A stretch of DNA of 10,558 bases from a virus (lineage: Duplodnaviria > Heunggongvirae > Uroviricota > Caudoviricetes): the IMG/VR virus record IMGVR_UViG_3300044845_000732, positions 64,001 through 74,558 of that record; one strand, 5' to 3'. Shown piece by piece: positions 7,489-10,558 of the stretch. Both the position numbers and the translations under genes were made by a program. The notes below the pieces were generated by a model that was not told where the DNA came from, ran no database searches, and saw only the letters and a program-made list of their open reading frames with translations. Positions within the stretch are counted from its first letter, which is position 1; each line of letters starts with the position of its first letter.

Positions 7489-7929
7489 ATGAAAAAAGGA
7501 AAAAGTGTAAAATTAAATTTATACAATCCAATTAAATCGGTCTATGGTACCGTAGATTCAAAAAACTTAAAATCAGTTTACATAAACATTCAATCATGGG
7601 TAACCCCAAAAGAAGAATACGATAATTGGAATCGAGTTGTTTCCAATTTAAGTCGAGAGATTAAACATTCTGTTTATAAATCCATTAACACCAATTTATT
7701 CCAAAATAAAAGTATTGTGGATTTAGATTTAAGGACCAGTGGAATATCTCACGGTAAAAAATCATTCTTTAATTTAGAAATAAATCTATACACGACAAAT
7801 GAATTAGATTTTAAATCCATAGAAATTAAAGACTCCGTAAAAAATATAGTCCAATCTATCTATGATAATAACATCACAACAAACAAATATTTTGAATTTT
7901 CAACCACAAAAAAAGAGGTTATCTTGTAA
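7489..7929 (+). CDS. Hypothetical protein (146 aa), slightly basic, likely alpha/beta fold
   Basis: ATG in an A-rich context, clean ORF with alternating strand-like and helix-like segments. No family recognised. Confidence 0.8.
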   Translation: MKKGKSVKLNLYNPIKSVYGTVDSKNLKSVYINIQSWVTPKEEYDNWNRVVSNLSREIKHSVYKSINTNLFQNKSIVDLDLRTSGISHGKKSFFNLEINLYTTNELDFKSIEIKDSVKNIVQSIYDNNITTNKYFEFSTTKKEVIL

Positions 7930-7945
7930 AGTATCATAATTGATA

Positions 7946-7952
7946 TATTTAT
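7946..7952 (+). promoter_or_regulatory. TATTTAT motif, candidate late promoter for the protease gene
   Basis: In the 37-nt intergenic gap, 14 nt before ATG 7967. Confidence 0.55.
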
Positions 7953-7966
7953 CTTAAAAAGAATTA

Positions 7967-8683
7967 ATGAAACAATTAAGAATATTAGAGGCAACCGAAA
8001 CCGGACACGGTATATTAGTTGAGGCAGACGCAGGTTGGGTTTCACCAAAAGACAAACATAATGAAAAAGTTTTAAAAGAGGCGAAAGAAATGGATTATAG
8101 AAACCCATTTGAATTTTATGCTGTTTTACAAAAATATGACACACCTAATAGAAACGGTAGAACATATCCTGAAAGGATATTAAAAAGAGAGGCCGACAAT
8201 TATAAAATTGCAATCGAAAAAGGGTTATCAACATCAGAGTTAAATCACCCTGAATCATCTTTAATTGATTTAGACCGAGTATCTCATATCATTACTGACG
8301 TATGGTGGGACAGAAACATATTAATGGGAAAACTTAAATTGCTAACTTCCCCGGGATTTCATGAAAGAGGAATTGTTTCAACCAAAGGAGACCAAGCGGC
8401 AAACTTAATGAGACAAGGGGTTACTTTAGGTATTTCTTCTCGTGGGGTTGGTTCACTTAAAAAAGTTGGTGAAAGGAATGAAGTTCAAGATGATTTTGAA
8501 TTAATTTGTTTTGACTTAGTATCATCACCATCAACACCGGGAGCGTATTTGTTTACAAATGCTGATGATAGAGACAAGTATGAAGAAAATCTTGAAGAAG
8601 AAAAAAAATATAAACAAAAAGACGATTATGTAGAGAAGTCAGTTGACTTAATGAAAAAATTAAACGACTTTTTAGGAAAATAA
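7967..8683 (+). CDS. gp21: Prohead maturation protease (T4 gp21-like serine protease)
   Basis: NRNGRTYP, catalytic-His motif ELNHP (His codon at 8246), catalytic-Ser motif GISSRGVGSL (8429-8458) and DLVSSPSTPGAY. These match the T4 gp21 motif order. Confidence 0.93.
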   Translation: MKQLRILEATETGHGILVEADAGWVSPKDKHNEKVLKEAKEMDYRNPFEFYAVLQKYDTPNRNGRTYPERILKREADNYKIAIEKGLSTSELNHPESSLIDLDRVSHIITDVWWDRNILMGKLKLLTSPGFHERGIVSTKGDQAANLMRQGVTLGISSRGVGSLKKVGERNEVQDDFELICFDLVSSPSTPGAYLFTNADDRDKYEENLEEEKKYKQKDDYVEKSVDLMKKLNDFLGK

Positions 8684-8691
8684 AAAAACAC

Positions 8692-8901
8692 ATGGAAGAA
8701 AAGTATTTCGTAGCAAAAATTCAGTATGACTTACCTGATGATAAAACAGGTAAAATTAAAAAAATTAGAGAAGAAAAACTTGTAGAAGGGTATTCAGTAA
8801 CAGATGTTGAAGCCAAAGTTACAAAAAAATATGAGGGGTTTTCACATGAGTGGAGAATCACTTCAGTCTCTGAAAGTAAAATTGATGAAGTAATTCAATA
8901 A
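8692..8901 (+). CDS. Small protein (69 aa), DUF4494-like
   Basis: The pattern YFVAKIQY...GKIKKIREEKLVEGYSVTDVEAKV...WRITSV resembles, from memory, the DUF4494 family of Bacteroidota and their phages (F..KI.Y...G..KKV.E.YLV.A.S.TEAEA). It is 8 nt downstream of the protease stop. Confidence 0.65.
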   Translation: MEEKYFVAKIQYDLPDDKTGKIKKIREEKLVEGYSVTDVEAKVTKKYEGFSHEWRITSVSESKIDEVIQ

Positions 8902-8921
8902 TTGTTTTAATCCAATTTAAC

Positions 8922-8952
8922 AAAAGTGGTCATATTTGACCACTTTTTTTTT
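8922..8952 (+). terminator. Intrinsic terminator
   Basis: Perfect 11-bp stem AAAAGTGGTCA / TGACCACTTTT with a TATT loop, and a T run at 8944-8952. Confidence 0.88.
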
Positions 8953-8962
8953 ACTCTAAATT

Positions 8963-9005
8963 AAGGTTTATTTTGTCTAATAGTTAGATAAAATAAACTT
9001 TTTTT
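8963..9005 (+). terminator. Second long hairpin followed by a U tract (terminator-like or structured RNA element)
   Basis: AAGGTTTATTTTGTCTAA (8963-8980), a TAG loop, then TTAGATAAAATAAACTTT (8984-9001). This gives 18 bp with two G-U pairs. A T run covers 8999-9005. Confidence 0.6.
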
Positions 9006-9016
9006 GCTTTTGGTAA

Positions 9017-9024
9017 TATTTATA
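9017..9024 (+). promoter_or_regulatory. TATTTATA motif, candidate late promoter for the scaffold (and probably the downstream capsid gene)
   Basis: Downstream of both hairpins. The TATTTAT core (9017-9023) ends 23 nt before ATG 9047. Confidence 0.55.
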
Positions 9025-9046
9025 ATGAAAATAACAATAATTTTTC

Positions 9047-10558
9047 ATGCAAGAAAATAACAAATTAGTACAAGAGGCGCTTATTCAAATGAGACAAGTT
9101 GAAGAAGCTATTGCCGAGAATGCAAAAGGAATACTTGCTTCAACTATGAAGGAAGAAATCAATCAGCTAGTAAAAGAATCTCTTTCTGAACAAGATTTAG
9201 AAGATGATGAGGTTGAATTAGATGTTGACATGGATGATGAAATGGACTCTGATGAAGAGGAAATGGATTTTGACATGGATGCTGATAATGAAGACGAAGA
9301 TGAAATGGACATTGAAATGGATTTTGATATGGACATGGATTCAGACGAAAGTCCAATCGACTTAACAGGTGCATCAGATGAAGAAATTCTGAAAGTATTT
9401 AAAGCTATGGGTGAAGAAGATGGAATCATTGTAAAAAAAGACGGTGATGATATCCACTTAACTGATAATGATACTGATGAAGAGTATTTAGTTAAACTTG
9501 GTGAATCTGAAGACGATATCTATGAGTATAATATGGATGAAGAAATGGATGACACGGAATTTAATTTTGAAGAATTAGGTGAAATGGATGACCAAACAAC
9601 TGATGACGTTATTGATGCAATTTTTGCTGACGGTGATGTTGACGATATCGAAGATTCTGAAGATTCTGAAGGAATTATGTTCGAAATTGTATTTGAAGAC
9701 GATGAAGAAGAAAAATTTATCGACGAAGAAGACGGTGAAGACATGGTGGACTTAGAGGACGGAGAGGACTTAGGAGAGTCTTACAACCCAAGAAGAGCTG
9801 TGAGAGAAGGAAAATCAACAGTTAAACCTAAAGGTATAGTTGGCTCAGGACCTAAATTTACTTACAAAGATAAAGCCGGTGGTGGATTCGATGAAAATAA
9901 AAAAGAAGGTCCAAAATCTGTAGGTACAGGTAAAGCTAAATTCGAATACAAAGAGGGTGGAAATATGGAAGGAAAATCCAAAGTTGTAAAGGCAGAAACA
10001 AAAGAAGGTGATTACGGAATGAATAAGGGTGAAAAATCTAAAACCATGAAAGGTAAAGAAGATTACACTACTAAAAAAGGTGATACTTTAAAAAGAAAAG
10101 CTTTTGAAAAAGAAGAAACAAAAGAAGCTGCTAGAACATACGGAATGGGTTCCAAAGAAGGTAGAGGACTTAGAAAAGCGATTACTAATAACAGAAATTA
10201 TGTTTACGGTAAAAATGGAGTAAAAGTAGAATCTACTCAAGAGGTGACTATGTTAAGAGAAAAAAATGAAGAATACAGAAAAGCGTTAAATGTTTTCAGA
10301 GAAAAACTTAACGAAGTTGCAATCTTCAATTCAAACTTGGCATATGCAACTAGATTGTTTACTGAACATTCGACTACTAAAAAAGAGAAAATTAATATCT
10401 TAAGAAGATTTGACGATGTTGAAACTTTAAAAGAATCTAAAAATCTTTATCAGTCAATTAAAGGTGAATTATCTAAACCGGAAATTAAAAAATCACTTAG
10501 TGAATCAGTAGAAAACAGAATTCAAAAAACAGTATCTACAGGTTCATCGACTACTTTA
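9047..10558 (+). CDS. Prohead scaffold/core protein (functional analogue of T4 gp22), 3'-truncated; absent from the ORF track
   Basis: Hand translation gives 504 stop-free codons from ATG 9047 (MQENNKLVQEALIQMRQVEEAIAENAKG...) to the window end (...TVSTGSSTTL). It has a helical N-terminus, a large acidic block, a K/G-rich block and a helical C-terminal domain (LREKNEEYRKAL...NLYQSIKGEL). It follows the protease, as gp22 does in T4. Confidence 0.8.
   Translation, partial: MQENNKLVQEALIQMRQVEEAIAENAKGILASTMKEEINQLVKESLSEQDLEDDEVELDVDMDDEMDSDEEEMDFDMDADNEDEDEMDIEMDFDMDMDSDESPIDLTGASDEEILKVFKAMGEEDGIIVKKDGDDIHLTDNDTDEEYLVKLGESEDDIYEYNMDEEMDDTEFNFEELGEMDDQTTDDVIDAIFADGDVDDIEDSEDSEGIMFEIVFEDDEEEKFIDEEDGEDMVDLEDGEDLGESYNPRRAVREGKSTVKPKGIVGSGPKFTYKDKAGGGFDENKKEGPKSVGTGKAKFEYKEGGNMEGKSKVVKAETKEGDYGMNKGEKSKTMKGKEDYTTKKGDTLKRKAFEKEETKEAARTYGMGSKEGRGLRKAITNNRNYVYGKNGVKVESTQEVTMLREKNEEYRKALNVFREKLNEVAIFNSNLAYATRLFTEHSTTKKEKINILRRFDDVETLKESKNLYQSIKGELSKPEIKKSLSESVENRIQKTVSTGSSTTL
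9221..9340 (+). repeat. Degenerate in-frame repeats encoding Asp/Met/Glu units (EMDFDMD twice, DMD, EMD)
   Basis: GAAATGGATTTTGACATGGAT (9260-9280) and GAAATGGATTTTGATATGGAC (9314-9334), 54 nt apart, among many ATGGAY units. Confidence 0.65.

Noticed and set aside
2861-8144. Minus-strand ORFs 2861..3070, 3948..4142, 4859..5104 and 7860..8144
   Set aside because: They are short, lie opposite well-supported plus-strand genes, have no motifs, and have no minus-strand expression signals.
9221-9340. Repeats considered as a CRISPR array or other non-coding repeat
   Set aside because: They are in-frame, degenerate at third codon positions, and have no constant repeat-spacer period.
9159-9744. Minus-strand ORFs 9159..9374, 9163..9429 and 9520..9744
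   Set aside because: They are antisense shadows of the Asp/Glu-rich scaffold frame (GAT/GAA read in reverse give Ser/Ile/His/Pro runs). The plus-strand ORF from 9047 explains the region.
1-10558. Possible stop-codon recoding, inteins, introns or homing endonucleases, as often found in large-phage terminase and portal genes
   Set aside because: All genes read through in the standard code and end in TAA (one in TGA). No intein termini or endonuclease motifs were seen, and the genes are uninterrupted.

Overview
AT-rich, gene-dense, all-plus-strand segment of a tailed bacteriophage genome: the DNA-packaging and head-morphogenesis module of a divergent T4-like (probably large, possibly uncultured) phage. 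The gene order is four hypothetical proteins, terminase large subunit (gp17-like), portal (gp20-like), a 232-aa helical protein (positional equivalent of the prohead-core genes), a 146-aa unknown, prohead protease (gp21-like), a 69-aa DUF4494-like protein, and a scaffold/prohead-core protein (gp22-like). The last gene, 9047..>10558, is missing from the ORF track because it runs off the window. The most interesting signals are: (i) a TATTTAT motif shortly upstream of four head genes, a candidate late promoter; (ii) an [LIV]-x-E-[QASG] candidate protease-cleavage motif found in the unknown proteins and scaffold but absent from terminase and portal; (iii) a 146-aa gene with a terminator upstream and its own host-type promoter inside the late cluster; (iv) tandem hairpins ahead of the scaffold gene. 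Genes lack Shine-Dalgarno sites, which together with the DUF4494-like gene hints at a Bacteroidota host. All family calls come from motif recognition by eye; no database search was run.
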